NCBI GenBank assembly: GCA_963802715.1
Contig: CAWDJT010000041.1
Span: 5,540 to 69,539 of the forward strand
Origin: an uncultured delta proteobacterium
GTDB lineage: Bacteria > Desulfobacterota > Syntrophobacteria > Syntrophobacterales > Syntrophobacteraceae
Length of the DNA stretch: 64,000 nt
Direction: 5' to 3'
Shown in pieces: positions 46,711 to 57,609 of the stretch. Both the position numbers and the translations under genes were made by a program. The notes beneath the pieces were generated by a model. The model saw only the letters and a program-made list of their open reading frames with translations, made no database searches and had not been told where the DNA came from. Every line of letters begins with the position of its first letter. Position 1 is the stretch's first letter.

Positions 46711-47151
46711 TCATCGTACATGATTTTCCAGCTTGCGCTTGTGTTTTGATTCTTCCACTTCCAATATCTGGAAGAGCTTGGCGGTTTTCTCATGCATGCA
46801 TTTGGTCCGCCAGCCCCCATAGAACGCCTTGGCCTTTTCTTCCTTCTTCATGGCAAGGGCCAGCGCTTCCTGATAGGTAAGATCATCGCGAAAAGCAACA
46901 TCCATCATGTAATCGCTGATCTTTAGATCTTCCACCTTGTCCAGCTTCACGTTCTCGAGGGCCCCTATGTCAAGGATCTGAAGCAAATCCCGGTGTTTCT
47001 TCTCTTCCTCCACCATCTCGAGGAAGAATTGCTTGATCCCCGGATTTTTCGCTCGATCGGCACATTTCTGATAGAACTCCATCGCCTTCTCTTCTTTTTC
47101 AATGGCGAAACTGACAACACCATCAAATGAGCTGCATGAAATCTTGGCCAT
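46711..47151 (-). CDS. Rubrerythrin/ferritin-like diiron protein (no rubredoxin domain)
   Basis: The ATG at 47151 follows AGGAGG. Two E-x-x-H-type helices (AIEKEEKAMEFY...EEEKKHRDLL; AMKKEEKAKAFY...VEESKHKRKL). Confidence 0.7.
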   Translation of the reverse strand: MAKISCSSFDGVVSFAIEKEEKAMEFYQKCADRAKNPGIKQFFLEMVEEEKKHRDLLQILDIGALENVKLDKVEDLKISDYMMDVAFRDDLTYQEALALAMKKEEKAKAFYGGWRTKCMHEKTAKLFQILEVEESKHKRKLENHVR

Positions 47152-47291
47152 AATACCCTCCTGATATACGGTTAGATTCACAATAGGACACGATTCGAGC
47201 CCTCCAAAAACCAGCTATAACCATAACCAGTCACGCCTTGTTTCGCAAGGCGTTTTCTCCGGCTGATTCGACGATAATCCTGCCGCCGGAA

Positions 47292-49022
47292 TCAAGATGT
47301 TTCGAACAAGGACACCAGTGAAAAGGTGGTAACATCGACCAAGCCCAAATCGGTCAGTTTCAGTTCAGGAATCACTCCAAGCGCCATGAACGATAGCGCC
47401 AGAAACGGGTTGTTGAGTGGGCTTCCCCAAGATCGTGCTTGCTGCTTGAGCTGCTCCAATTGTTCGGAAACCCGTTCCACGGGCCAGGTGGACATCAGGC
47501 CGGCCAGGGGAAGCGGCAGCATCGTCACCGCTTCACCGGCAGTGCCGATTCCCATGCCGCCCCCGCCTTGGCGGATGGCTTCGACCACGGCCAGGATGTC
47601 ATCGTCGCTAGTGCCCACGGCAATGATATTGTGTGCGTCATGGGCAACGGTGGTGGCGATGGCGCCTCGGGTCAAACCGAATCCCTGGATGAACCCTACC
47701 GAGGGAGGCTTGTCCGGTTGATAACGGTTGAACACCACCAGCTTAAGGATATCGCGGTCCAGGTCCGGGATCACCACACCGCCGCTAATTTTGGGAGTCA
47801 CCAGGATTTTACGAGTAAGGAGACTACCTTCCTGTACCCCAATGACTTTGAGCCTGCCAGCCTGAGCCGTAACGGCAAGGTCACCAACGGCCAGTCGCGA
47901 GAGGTACATGGGACTTACCGGCGCCTGGGGCTGCAGCCAGTTTTCCGGATCGATCAATAATCGGCCCTCGCGACCCACCTCTTGACCCCGCTTGAACACC
48001 CGTTGGGGATTCCAAGGGTTGAGTGTTGGACTGATGCTAAGATCCGCCTGGTAACCGGGAGCAAGTGCTCCACGGCGAGGGAGCCGGAAATACGCGGCCG
48101 GTGTCCAGGTAGCCAGGGTGATGGCTAGGACGGGATCCAGGCCCAGTGACATAGCGCGATTGACCACGGCATTCATATGCCCTTCGTGAATCAGGTCGTC
48201 CGGATGGCAGTCATCGCTCACCAGCATGCAGCGCGGCCAAGTGTGCTGGTCAACCACTGGCAAAAGCTTGGCCAGGTCTTTGGATTGGCTCCCCTCGCGA
48301 AGCATGATGACCATTCCCTTGTCGAGCTTCTCGCGTGCTTCGTCGAGGGCGGTGCATTCATGGTCGGAGCTGATACCGGCGGTCAGGTAGGCATTCAGCC
48401 CCAGGCCTGAAAGCTGTGGAGCGTGCCCGTCACGAATCCGGTCCTGGAAGAGGAGAACTTTATCCAACACCTCAGGGACTGCGTGGATCACCCCTGGAAA
48501 ATTCATCATTTCCGCCAATCCGATGATTCTGGGGTGAGGGAGCAAGCCGTAGAGGTCGCAAGCCCGAAGGGTCGCCCCGGAGGTCTCCAAAGGTGAAGCT
48601 GGAACGCAGCTGGGCAGGTTGAAGAAGACATCGAGTGGAAGATGCTCGGTGGCGTCCAAGAAATAGCGGATGCCGACAACACCCAGGACATTGGCAATTT
48701 CGTGAGGGTCAGCCACCACCGCACTGGTGCCGTGGGGTAGCACCGCGGCACAGAACTGGGCAGGGCTAAGCAAGGTGCTCTCCATGTGGATATGGCCATC
48801 GATGAAGCCCGGGCAAACATAAGCCCCGTCCAAATCCACGGTTGCGCGCGCGGCATAAGGACCTGAGCCCACCACAAAACCGCGGTGAATGGCCAGGTCC
48901 ACCTGATCCACCCGCCCCGAAAACACATTGATCACCTGTCCGCCGCGGAAGCACAAATCGGCAGGTCGATGTCCTCGGGCAACCTCCAGAAGCTCCTGAA
49001 GCAACATGCTGTCCAATCTCAT
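47292..49022 (-). CDS. ade: Adenine deaminase
   Basis: Intact 576-aa ORF. Amidohydrolase metal site FIDGHIHMESTLL, ...SSDHECT..., and the typical Ade C-terminal domain. Confidence 0.85.
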   Translation of the reverse strand: MRLDSMLLQELLEVARGHRPADLCFRGGQVINVFSGRVDQVDLAIHRGFVVGSGPYAARATVDLDGAYVCPGFIDGHIHMESTLLSPAQFCAAVLPHGTSAVVADPHEIANVLGVVGIRYFLDATEHLPLDVFFNLPSCVPASPLETSGATLRACDLYGLLPHPRIIGLAEMMNFPGVIHAVPEVLDKVLLFQDRIRDGHAPQLSGLGLNAYLTAGISSDHECTALDEAREKLDKGMVIMLREGSQSKDLAKLLPVVDQHTWPRCMLVSDDCHPDDLIHEGHMNAVVNRAMSLGLDPVLAITLATWTPAAYFRLPRRGALAPGYQADLSISPTLNPWNPQRVFKRGQEVGREGRLLIDPENWLQPQAPVSPMYLSRLAVGDLAVTAQAGRLKVIGVQEGSLLTRKILVTPKISGGVVIPDLDRDILKLVVFNRYQPDKPPSVGFIQGFGLTRGAIATTVAHDAHNIIAVGTSDDDILAVVEAIRQGGGGMGIGTAGEAVTMLPLPLAGLMSTWPVERVSEQLEQLKQQARSWGSPLNNPFLALSFMALGVIPELKLTDLGLVDVTTFSLVSLFETS

Positions 49023-49330
49023 GGTGAACCTCGTGCTGATGAAGGTACCGCTGTATGCAGATCCAGCAGATTCATAATGGGTATGCTGAAGGCTCTATTG
49101 GCGGCCTGAACTTGGGACAGGCATAGACCGACACTGGCGTTTCCCAAGAGGTGGGGACTGTTGGTTGGTCCTTTCAAATAGTTGGGAGGCAGTGGTTTGG
49201 TTGGAGAGGTTCTCGGCCATGCGAACCGGATTTCGCCGCACCAAGCTTCACGGGTACGAGCGCAACAGTGGCGCCAGGCCCCTCGGGGGTCGAGCCGTTG
49301 GGGAAGCATTAGAGCGGTCAGAGCTTCAGG

Positions 49331-49828
49331 TCACATCTTGTACTTACTAAAATCCTCAGGATCGAGGCTTTCCAAGATTTCAGACCACTTCTCCGCTTCC
49401 TCGCGGTTGAAGACGGGCTGGGTGCCATCGTCGGTGCGCTGAGACTTGATCAGCACCGATTCCTTTACGAAAATCGGTGAGTTGGTACGTAGAGCAATGG
49501 CAATGGCATCACTCGGGCGAGCATCGATCGGGATCGTGTGAGCACTATCCCGTAGATGGATGATCGCGTAGTAAGTATTTTCTCGAAGATCGCACACCTC
49601 CACCTTTTCCACCTTGACGTTGAGATGATCGAAGAGTGTCTTGATGAGGTCATGTGTCATGGGGCGTGGAAAGCGGATATTTTCTAGCTCGGTGGCGATG
49701 GAGGTGGCTTCCAGGAGACCGATCCAGATGGGCAGGGAGGCCTCACCATCCGGATCCTTGAGAATCAGGATAGGGGTGTTGGTGTTGGGGTCCATGGCCA
49801 GACCGGTCACTTCCATTCTTCGAAACAT
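49331..49828 (-). CDS. Bifunctional nuclease family protein (DUF151/BFN domain)
   Basis: The ATG at 49828 follows GAGGAG. PILILKDPDGEASLPIWIGLLEATSIA...PRPMTHDL...ARPSDAIAIALR is the BFN signature. Confidence 0.8.
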   Translation of the reverse strand: MFRRMEVTGLAMDPNTNTPILILKDPDGEASLPIWIGLLEATSIATELENIRFPRPMTHDLIKTLFDHLNVKVEKVEVCDLRENTYYAIIHLRDSAHTIPIDARPSDAIAIALRTNSPIFVKESVLIKSQRTDDGTQPVFNREEAEKWSEILESLDPEDFSKYKM

Positions 49829-49876
49829 TATTTCTCCTCGTAGCGGCAATCCCATCTCTGCCGGCATCAGACCAGT

Positions 49877-51269
49877 TTACCGGGCGTTTGGGAGGCTCCG
49901 GCTTGATTCAATATCCCCATTTATCCATTCTCCGCGCAGGGAATGGGAATGAGCTGCCTGAATCCTAACGGAAATTAGCCGTCCGGTCAAATCCACCAGC
50001 GATTGGAAGTTGACAATGCGATTCTGCTGCGTACGCCCCATATACTGGTTGTCTCCGGACTTGCTTGAGACCCTCCACGAGAATCTCACGCACCTTGCCA
50101 ACCTCCGCGCGGTTCTTGCGGAGGGTGATCTCGGCTTGAAGTGCCTGCAGTTCTATCAGGCGGCGAGCTTTGTCTTCTTCGGAAATTTTGCTGGGGAACT
50201 GAGCGGCCTTGGCAAAAGGACGGTCGGAGTAGCGAAAGGAAAAGAGTGAATCGAACTGGACCTGTTCCAATAGATGCAGAGTATCCCGGAAATCGGATTC
50301 GGTTTCCCCTGGAAAACCCACCATGACATCAGCTGACAGACCAATGTCGGGGCAGATTTTGCGAAGTTGATCTATCCTGAAAAGATACTGGGTGGCGGTG
50401 TAGCCGCGATTCATTAGTTTCAAGATCCGGTCTGAGCCCGCCTGCAGCGGCAAATGTAACTTCTTGCATAAACAACCTAGATCAGCATAGCACCACATGA
50501 GCTGTTCAGTGAGGTCCTTGGGATGGGACGTGGTAAAGCGCAAACGCTTTAGGCTTGTCACCGCCTGGATCCTGTGCAACAGCTCGGGAAAGGACATTTC
50601 TGTGTTGGATTTCTTCCCATAGGAGTTCACATTTTGACCCAACAGAACAATCTCACGGGCTCCCCCATCCACATGGAGCCCGATTTCATGCAGGATCTCA
50701 CTGCTTGGTCGGCTTTTCTCCGGCCCTCTCACGTAGGGCACGATGCAGTAACTGCAGTAATTGTCGCAGCCCTGCATAATGGTAACCGCTGTGCTCACCC
50801 CCCGGACGGCAATCCTGCCTGCCTTGCCGTTCGGATCATAGGGGTCGGGTTCATCTGACAAATGGGCTATGCGACCATGTTTTTTCTGGATGCCCTGTAA
50901 TAGCCTGGGAAGAGCGGCCAGGCTCTGGGTTCCCAGTACCAGATCCAGGTGCTCGAAACGCTCCAACAGAGCTTTCCCCAACTGCTGTGCCACGCATCCG
51001 CCGACCACGATCTTCAGCCGGGGATTACGGGTCTTCAACCGGCGAAGCCGGCCCAGATACGAGCAAACTTTCTGCTCGGCTTTTTCGCGCACCGCACACG
51101 TGTTAATGAAGATGACATCCGCCCGTTCGATCTCGGAGGTTAGGAGATAGCCTTCTGCCGCGAGCAAACGTTCCACCCGCGCGGAGTCGTATTCGTTCAT
51201 CTGGCAGCCAAAAGTCTGAACATAAAGCAACTTCTGCTGCAGAGTCGGTTCGGCATGAGAAAGGGGCAT
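49877..51269 (-). CDS. miaB: tRNA-2-methylthio-N6-dimethylallyladenosine synthase MiaB; one frame disruption in the TRAM domain
   Basis: ORF 49965-51269: UPF0004 domain (YVQTFGCQMNEYDS) and radical-SAM CDNYCSYCIVPYVRG. The TRAM end continues in ORF 49877-50101 (YMGRTQQNRIVNF...VRIQAAHSHSLRGE) after a shift near 50070. Confidence 0.88.
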
Positions 51270-51290
51270 GAGCGTATTGGTAAGCGGTGA

Positions 51291-52058
51291 TCAGGTGGTT
51301 TCGCCAACGAATCTACGTTGGATATCCACCAGGCGTGACGCCAGATTGCGAATCATCTGGAGAGCCACTTCCGGATACAGTTCCACAATCACGGGAAGCT
51401 GATCGGTGGGATAGACCTGCACGACGCTTTGGCCGATGCTGGCCACCGTGGCCTGTGTTGGCAAGCTGAGCAGGGCTTCCATTTCTCCAAAGAACTCTCC
51501 CGGTCTATCGATGCGCGCAATCTCTTTACCCTTCATGGAGAAAAGCAAGCCGCCTTCGGTGGAAACCAATTTGTAAAACTCGGTGGAATGCAAGCCTTCC
51601 GCAATGATGACTTCATTATCGCCGTAAAAGCGTATTTTCGCGTCATTCAGGGAAAACTCGCGGTCCTTGTCCACAATCTTTTGAGTTGTCTGCTCGAGTT
51701 GTTGCACCACGGATTTCAGCAACCTCTCGCTCATACGGACATCTTTTCTCAGGAAATAGTCTAAAGCCTCCTGCCCATAAAATGCGACTCTGCAGGCAGT
51801 CAAGGCCATGGCGCTGACAGCCGAGGGCCTCTTGAAAACGAGGCTCTCCAATCCCAGAACATCGTGTTCGCCAATAACACGAACCTTCTTGCCGCGAAAC
51901 AGGATCAGGACCTGGCCGCTGAGGATGGCCGCAAACTGGCTGGGGTGCCCTCCCTCCTCTAGAATGGTGTCACCATATCGGAAACTACGAACTTCTTGCG
52001 CATGGACCGCGAAGTTCGATTCCTGAGGCGGTGTAGTCGGGCCCAGACTGTTATCCAT
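51291..52058 (-). CDS. Protein with tandem cyclic-nucleotide-binding domains
   Basis: 255 aa with two cNMP-like beta-roll segments (GDTILEEGGHPSQFAAILSG...; NEVIIAEGLHSTEFYKLVS...PGEFFGEMEALL). Confidence 0.65.
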   Translation of the reverse strand: MDNSLGPTTPPQESNFAVHAQEVRSFRYGDTILEEGGHPSQFAAILSGQVLILFRGKKVRVIGEHDVLGLESLVFKRPSAVSAMALTACRVAFYGQEALDYFLRKDVRMSERLLKSVVQQLEQTTQKIVDKDREFSLNDAKIRFYGDNEVIIAEGLHSTEFYKLVSTEGGLLFSMKGKEIARIDRPGEFFGEMEALLSLPTQATVASIGQSVVQVYPTDQLPVIVELYPEVALQMIRNLASRLVDIQRRFVGETT

Positions 52059-52092
52059 AAGGGTAATCCTAATCGCGTGTGGCGAGCTTCCC

Positions 52093-52317
52093 CTAACCCA
52101 AACGCTGCTTTAGTTGATTCCCGAAACGCGGTTTACGCCTGGTATTCAGTTGCCCACGGAAATGTGTCACCACGGCACGGGATTTGCCAATCTTCTTGCA
52201 CGTTACTGGAGGAGTGTCAAGTATCACAGATTGGATCTGGCTCGCAAAAAGGCAGCCATTGGTCACACCCAGGTGAGCCCATAAGGAGGGCTTCCCGTTT
52301 GTCGTCTCAGTCATCAA
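52093..52317 (-). CDS. Small basic hypothetical protein (weak call)
   Basis: 74-aa ORF between the cNMP-binding and DUF4911-like genes on the same strand. No motif recognised. Confidence 0.25.
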   Translation of the reverse strand: MMTETTNGKPSLWAHLGVTNGCLFASQIQSVILDTPPVTCKKIGKSRAVVTHFRGQLNTRRKPRFGNQLKQRLG

Positions 52318-52439
52318 GCTCGGATGATCTCGCGATGCCGGAATGACTTTGTGGCATCAAGGCTGACAATCTACCCCAACTATCCAATTCTTAGCGAATC
52401 TAGTCCTGGTTATCAAGCGATTTTTGGCCACCGGGCCGC

Positions 52440-52706
52440 CTAAGACAAAGCTCCAGGCGAGCATGATCCCGCTTGTGCGGTTGTCGTGAACCGATGCTGG
52501 ATACGATCCGCTTCTCCGCTGAGGATCCTCTCCACTACGTCCTCACATCCCGGAGCAATGCTCAGCCTTACCAGTCCCAGTTGTGGCTGCAGGGTCGTGA
52601 CCGTAGCAATTCCCTCATAGGCCTCCAGGATAAAACGGAGGAAGTGGATTTCCCTCGGTCGAATGATCAGATTCCATACAACACAATGTCCAGGTATCAC
52701 ATCCAT
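52440..52706 (-). CDS. DUF4911-like small protein
   Basis: 88 aa. REIHFLRFILEAYEGIATVTTLQPQLGLVRLSIAPGCEDVV matches my recollection of the DUF4911 pattern (ei.fl..ilEayeGla.vtT....g.v.l.i). Confidence 0.5.
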   Translation of the reverse strand: MDVIPGHCVVWNLIIRPREIHFLRFILEAYEGIATVTTLQPQLGLVRLSIAPGCEDVVERILSGEADRIQHRFTTTAQAGSCSPGALS

Positions 52707-53129
52707 ATGGTCTCGGAATCAATGAGGAGCGGCGGACATGAGGAACACGCGACGCATAGCAACGGGGGCCCCACCAGCGGTGACGGCCGCAATTTGTTTT
52801 GCTTCCTCAATCCGTTCATATATCACAGGACTGAGAATATCAAAACCCTCAGGATGGTCATGTGCTAATCCGCAAAAAAATAGGCAAGTGGGGCGCGAGG
52901 ATGTTGTCAGGATGGAGCAAAGAACCTTGATGTGCAAGCTAGGTTTTTGACAGAATAACCCTTGTTGTTCTGTTGCGACCTATGCTAGCAAATATCCGGC
53001 AGGAATTGCCAGCCGAATGCCGTTACTTCTGGAAGGTGAGAGGTTGCTGACGGCTGAATGACTTCCGTATGTACTCGCAACTCCTGCCGACTTGTAGCGG
53101 GGTGGTTTCGCTCACAGGGAGTGAACTAA

Positions 53130-54551
53130 ATGTTCGGGCATCGTAATCGTATTTGTGTTTCCATTGCAGTGCTCTGCATCCTTTTCTTTCAAACGGCGAC
53201 AATTCCGGCATGGGCGGCTGAAAGCGATGAGGTGCTGTATAATCAGGGACAAGCTCCTTACGACAGTCGCAATCCGGACAAGAGCCGCAATGAAGCTCTT
53301 GGAGATCTGAAGGCCGAGGTTTTGAGACAGGCTATTGAGAACCTGGTCGAGGAGGGTTCACTCGTCGAGAACAAAGACCAGGTTCAAAACCACATCATGA
53401 GGAATCCGGACCGCTACCTTCAAAGCGTGCAGATCGTCTCGCAGGAAATCGACAACGGCAAGATTCGACTGGCCGGGCAGGTGACCGTGAGGATTGATGA
53501 GCTAATCCGTGGTCTCCGTGAGCTGGGGTTGATGGTGACGGCGCCAATTGCTCTCGACGAGCAGACGCAAACCGGTTCGCCTACTGCTAACGAGGGGCGG
53601 GGGTCTGACCAGGGTGAGGCGGCGGGTAACGACACCGAGGAGGACTCATCTTCCGATGAAGCAGGTGACCATGGACAGCAACAACAAGTTGAACACGTGG
53701 TTCAGCAGCCCAAACCTGTGACTGAGAGCCAACCCCACAAGACCGTCACGGTACTATGGTTTGTGGCCGAGAAATGGGAGCAGGCCTCTCCCTGGCATAT
53801 CCCCGGAGCGGACGAACTGGGCTCGACGGTGCAAGCTTTATTTGCAGGCAGTGTCCGCCAAGAAGTGCAAGCGGTACGATGGGCGTTGGTCCTGCCCGAT
53901 GCTGGTTTGGAAGTCCTTGAACAAGAACTCGACGTAAACAAGAATTTTCCTGTAGGGCAGGCCTTGAAAGTCGCGCAGGACAAGAACGCCCGCGCCGTGG
54001 TGGTTGGAACTGCAACTCAGCAACGGCGTGCTGATGGCAAAGTGAGCTTGGTGGCGGATTTAGTTCTTCTGGATGGCATTTGGGGGGAGCGAGCGGGGGA
54101 GGTGCGTCGAGAAATCATTCTGGCACACCTTGCCAACCTCAGCGACTATGCGGAGGAAATCATCAAACTGGCGGCTTGGGTAACGCCCGAACTGGATCAA
54201 TTGGCGCGCGCTGATCTTGCCGGAACCAGAGGCGCTGCGGCCAACGAACCGCAGGGAAAGCCCTTAGCGGCCCAGACCCATAGTTGGGTCCTCATGATCA
54301 GTGGCATTAGCAGTCTGGTACAATGGCAGGAGTTGGAGCAATCCTTGCGGCGGCGGTTCAAAGATATGGAAATCGTGGGCTTGGAATATAGTGCGGGGAA
54401 TGCCAGAGTCCAGTTGGATAAGGTGGGCGAAGATCTTCTTGATGCCCTCAAGGAATCGCAGCTATCAGCTTGCCGAGTTGAGGTCAAAGAGGAGGACTCT
54501 GTCAGGCGGACCATCCGCTTAACGTTTGTGGCTCAAGAATTGGCACGGTGA
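53130..54551 (+). CDS. Secreted hypothetical protein with a central acidic low-complexity region
   Basis: 473 aa. Signal peptide ICVSIAVLCILFFQTATIPAWA, an acidic stretch (GNDTEEDSSSDEAGDHGQQQQ), and structured N- and C-terminal domains. No family recognised. Confidence 0.6.
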   Translation: MFGHRNRICVSIAVLCILFFQTATIPAWAAESDEVLYNQGQAPYDSRNPDKSRNEALGDLKAEVLRQAIENLVEEGSLVENKDQVQNHIMRNPDRYLQSVQIVSQEIDNGKIRLAGQVTVRIDELIRGLRELGLMVTAPIALDEQTQTGSPTANEGRGSDQGEAAGNDTEEDSSSDEAGDHGQQQQVEHVVQQPKPVTESQPHKTVTVLWFVAEKWEQASPWHIPGADELGSTVQALFAGSVRQEVQAVRWALVLPDAGLEVLEQELDVNKNFPVGQALKVAQDKNARAVVVGTATQQRRADGKVSLVADLVLLDGIWGERAGEVRREIILAHLANLSDYAEEIIKLAAWVTPELDQLARADLAGTRGAAANEPQGKPLAAQTHSWVLMISGISSLVQWQELEQSLRRRFKDMEIVGLEYSAGNARVQLDKVGEDLLDALKESQLSACRVEVKEEDSVRRTIRLTFVAQELAR

Positions 54552-54558
54552 TAAACCG

Positions 54559-55119
54559 ATGACCATTCCCAACTTGTTGACCCTTTTGCGTATTCTGCTC
54601 ACCCCGGTGCTCATCTGGCTCCTGCTGGATCGCCGCCTGAGCCAGGCATTGCTGATCTTCATCCTGGCTGGTTTCACCGATGGTCTGGACGGTTTAGTTG
54701 CACGCGTGTTTCACCAGAAGAGCCGCTTGGGTGCCTATCTTGACCCCCTGGCCGACAAGCTGCTGCTGGCCAGTTCCTTCATCCTGCTCGGACGCTTGCA
54801 GCTTCTTCCCAATTGGCTTGTGGTCATTGCTGTGAGCCGGGATGCCATTATCCTTCTAGGTATCGCTACCTTGATGTTGCACCAGATTCGAGTTCAGATC
54901 AACCCCACCGTCTTAAGCAAACTCACGACGCTCATGCAGTTGATCACCGTCCTGATCATGTTGTCTTCCACCCACCTGAAGTTGCCACATTGGGGGTATA
55001 CGCTGCTATTTGCCGTGACTGCCGGAGCTACTGTGGCCAGCGGTCTGCACTACATGGTGACCGGAATTCAACTCTGGGAGGGACAACGCCATAACGGCAA
55101 TGGCGGATTGACGCCATGA
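54559..55119 (+). CDS. pgsA: CDP-diacylglycerol--glycerol-3-phosphate 3-phosphatidyltransferase
   Basis: MTIPNLLTLLRILLTP...AGFTDGLDGLVARVFHQKSRLGAYLDPLADKLL is the CDP-alcohol phosphatidyltransferase motif D-G-x2-A-R-x8-G-x3-D-x3-D. Confidence 0.88.
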   Translation: MTIPNLLTLLRILLTPVLIWLLLDRRLSQALLIFILAGFTDGLDGLVARVFHQKSRLGAYLDPLADKLLLASSFILLGRLQLLPNWLVVIAVSRDAIILLGIATLMLHQIRVQINPTVLSKLTTLMQLITVLIMLSSTHLKLPHWGYTLLFAVTAGATVASGLHYMVTGIQLWEGQRHNGNGGLTP

Positions 55120-55155
55120 AAGCCGTTGATCTGCCCGTTGGGGCGTTCATTTTAC

Positions 55156-55185
55156 TTGACATGGGTTTGGTCCATCCGCTATAGG
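55156..55185 (+). promoter_or_regulatory. Sigma70-type promoter of tRNA-Val
   Basis: TTGACA-N18-TATAGG, ending 12 nt upstream of the tRNA 5' end. Confidence 0.45.
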
Positions 55186-55197
55186 ACCAAGCGAAGC

Positions 55198-55272
55198 AGG
55201 CACGTAGCTCAGGGGGAGAGCGCTACCTTGACGCGGTAGAAGTCGGCGGTTCGAGACCGCCCGTGCCTACCA
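55198..55272 (+). tRNA. tRNA-Val (GAC)
   Basis: AGGCACGTAGCTCAGGGGGAGAGCGCTACCTTGACGCGGTAGAAGTCGGCGGTTCGAGACCGCCCGTGCCTACCA. Anticodon loop TTGACGC. CCA is encoded. Confidence 0.9.
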
Positions 55273-55418
55273 AAGTGTCATGACAAGCGGATTACTGCAG
55301 AGAATAACGCATACAAACCAGAGGCTCGTTGTCGGTTGACCTCGATTGGTTCTTCGCACGGGAGGCAGACCTTAGGAGCTCCTTTTGGAGTTGCACATAC
55401 CGCCGAGATACCCATGCG

Positions 55419-55459
55419 GGCATCTTCCCCCCTTGCGCCTAGGGAAGGTGCCTTTTTTT
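55419..55459 (+). terminator. Intrinsic terminator or attenuator between tRNA-Val and thrS
   Basis: GGCATCTTCCC-ccccttgcgcct(a)-GGGAAGGTGCC (11-bp stem with one G-U pair) followed by TTTTTTT. Lies 146 nt after the tRNA and 88 nt before the thrS ATG. Confidence 0.6.
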
Positions 55460-55547
55460 ATCTGTGCACCGGCACGCAGGCGACCATGTGGCTCCTCCTG
55501 TTGGCGCCAGCCTCGATCGGTTGTTGTCGCAAGAATGGAAAAACAAC

Positions 55548-57488
55548 ATGATGATAGAAACCATCCAAGTAACACTGGTGGGCGGAGGAACTGCTGAATT
55601 CCCTGCAGGAACGCCGGTGGAGGAAGTGTTGCCGGTACTGAACTCGGATCGTGGTCAGTTCGTTGCGGTCCGTGTGAATGGGCACCTTCTGGACCTTGCC
55701 GCGCGGTTGCAGGCGAATGCCACCATCGAGGGGATTCCCTTGGACAGTGACCAGGGTTTGGAAATCCTGAGACACAGCACGTCGCACATTATGGCCCAGG
55801 CGGTAAAGATGGTTTTCCCAGAGGCCAAGATCGCCATCGGTCCGGCCATCGAGAATGGTTTCTACTATGATTTCGATGTATCACGCCCGTTTACTCAAGA
55901 GGATCTGGAACAAATAGAAGAACAGATGGCTAAGATCGTCGCCCAGAAGATCGCTTTCCGACGTATAGAAATGCCTCGGGAGGAAGCCATCCGCTTTTTT
56001 GAGCAGCGGGGTGAACTGTATAAGGTTGAACTTCTTCAAGAAATCCAGGACCCCACAGTTTCATTCTATCAACAGGGTGATTTTGCGGATCTATGCCGTG
56101 GGCCTCACATTCCCAACACCGGGACGCTTAAGGCTTTCAAGCTTATCAGTGTTGCCGGGGCCTATTGGCGGGGGGATGAACGCAACCCCATGCTGCAACG
56201 CATATACGGGACCGCTTTCGCCGATGCCGGCGCACTGAAAAAGTATCTGAAGTTCCTTGAGGAAGCTCAACGACGCGATCACCGCCGTTTGGGGCGGGAG
56301 CTGGATCTTTTCAGTTTCAGTGATGAAGTAGGGGCAGGTATGGTGATCTATCATCCAAAGGGAGCCCTGCTTCGCCAGATCCTCGAAGCTTTCGAAAGGC
56401 GTGAGCACCTGCGCCGCGGCTACCAAATTGTTATCGGGCCAACCCTGCTCAAGACCGAGTTGTGGCAGCGTTCCGGTCACTTTGAGCATTATCGGGAGAA
56501 CATGTATTTCAGTGAAATTGATGAGCAGTCCTACGGGATCAAGCCCATGAATTGCCTCTCCCACATGATCATCTACAAGACCAAGTTGCGCAGTTACCGT
56601 GACCTGCCACTGCGCCTCTTTGAATTGGGCACCGTACACCGCCATGAGAAATCCGGCGTGTTACATGGTCTACTTCGGGTGCGCCAGTTTACCCAGGATG
56701 ACGCGCACATCCTGTGCACCCCCGAACAACTCCATCAAGAGATCAAGGGCATTATTGATTTCGTCATTGAAGTGATGGAAATGTTCGGTTTTACTTACGA
56801 GATGGAAATCAGCACGCGTCCGGAGAAATCCATCGGCACCGATGCCGACTGGGAGCGTGCCACCAATGCCCTCATGGCTGCGCTGCAGGATAAAGCAATC
56901 CCTTATCAGATCTGCGCGGGGGAAGGGGCGTTCTATGGACCGAAAATCGATGTAAAGCTCCATGATGCCCTGGATCGTCGGTGGCAATGTGCTACCATCC
57001 AGTGTGACTTTACGCTGCCGGAACGTTTCGATTTGACCTACATCGGTCCCGATGGGGGCAAGCATCGACCGGTGATGGTGCATCGTGTCATTCTGGGGGC
57101 CATCGAACGGTTTATGGGGGTGCTCATCGAGCACTTTGCCGGAGCTTTTCCTGCTTGGCTGGCACCGGTGCAGGCTATTTTGGTGACTGTCACCGATCGT
57201 CAGTTGGATTTTGCTCGCAGTATCCAACAACAGCTTCAAACGGCCGGAATGCGGGTGGAATTGGACCAGCGCAACGAAAAATTGGGTTTTAAAATCCGCG
57301 AAGCGCAGCTACAAAAAATCCCTTATATGTTAGTGGTTGGGGATCGGGAAGTGGAAGTCAATGGCATTCGTCCGCGTCTCCGTGACGGCCGCCAACTCGA
57401 TCTGATGACCGCGGACGACTTTATCGCATTGGTGGAACGGGAATGTCGTGAAGCCACCGGTGGACGTGTGGGACTGGGTATTATATAG
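55548..57488 (+). CDS. thrS: Threonine--tRNA ligase
   Basis: The ATG at 55548 gives [10 protein letters not shown]... (TGS domain), then the editing domain ([10 protein letters not shown]), the class II core (RGDE..., [17 protein letters not shown]) and the anticodon-binding domain. Intact. Confidence 0.92.
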   Translation: MMIETIQVTLVGGGTAEFPAGTPVEEVLPVLNSDRGQFVAVRVNGHLLDLAARLQANATIEGIPLDSDQGLEILRHSTSHIMAQAVKMVFPEAKIAIGPAIENGFYYDFDVSRPFTQEDLEQIEEQMAKIVAQKIAFRRIEMPREEAIRFFEQRGELYKVELLQEIQDPTVSFYQQGDFADLCRGPHIPNTGTLKAFKLISVAGAYWRGDERNPMLQRIYGTAFADAGALKKYLKFLEEAQRRDHRRLGRELDLFSFSDEVGAGMVIYHPKGALLRQILEAFERREHLRRGYQIVIGPTLLKTELWQRSGHFEHYRENMYFSEIDEQSYGIKPMNCLSHMIIYKTKLRSYRDLPLRLFELGTVHRHEKSGVLHGLLRVRQFTQDDAHILCTPEQLHQEIKGIIDFVIEVMEMFGFTYEMEISTRPEKSIGTDADWERATNALMAALQDKAIPYQICAGEGAFYGPKIDVKLHDALDRRWQCATIQCDFTLPERFDLTYIGPDGGKHRPVMVHRVILGAIERFMGVLIEHFAGAFPAWLAPVQAILVTVTDRQLDFARSIQQQLQTAGMRVELDQRNEKLGFKIREAQLQKIPYMLVVGDREVEVNGIRPRLRDGRQLDLMTADDFIALVERECREATGGRVGLGII

Positions 57489-57609
57489 GTCTTTCAGGTT
57501 TTGAGTGGCGTTGCATACGTTTGGATTGGAGCTTTGAGCCCGTTGTCCTGGCTGTGTGGTCGGGATTGGAGCTCGTGTCTGAAACATTTCCCAAAAGGAG
57601 GTTGACACC

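Noticed and set aside
52719-52937. The 72-aa ORF upstream of the DUF4911-like gene as a CDS.
   Set aside because: No recognisable motif or RBS, and the N-terminal half looks non-protein-like. It could be a fragment of a decayed gene, but I cannot support a call.
55273-55547. A T-box riboswitch upstream of thrS.
   Set aside because: I could find no T-box consensus (AAnnnGGGTGGTACCGCG-like) or specifier-loop architecture. T-boxes are also not expected in this lineage.
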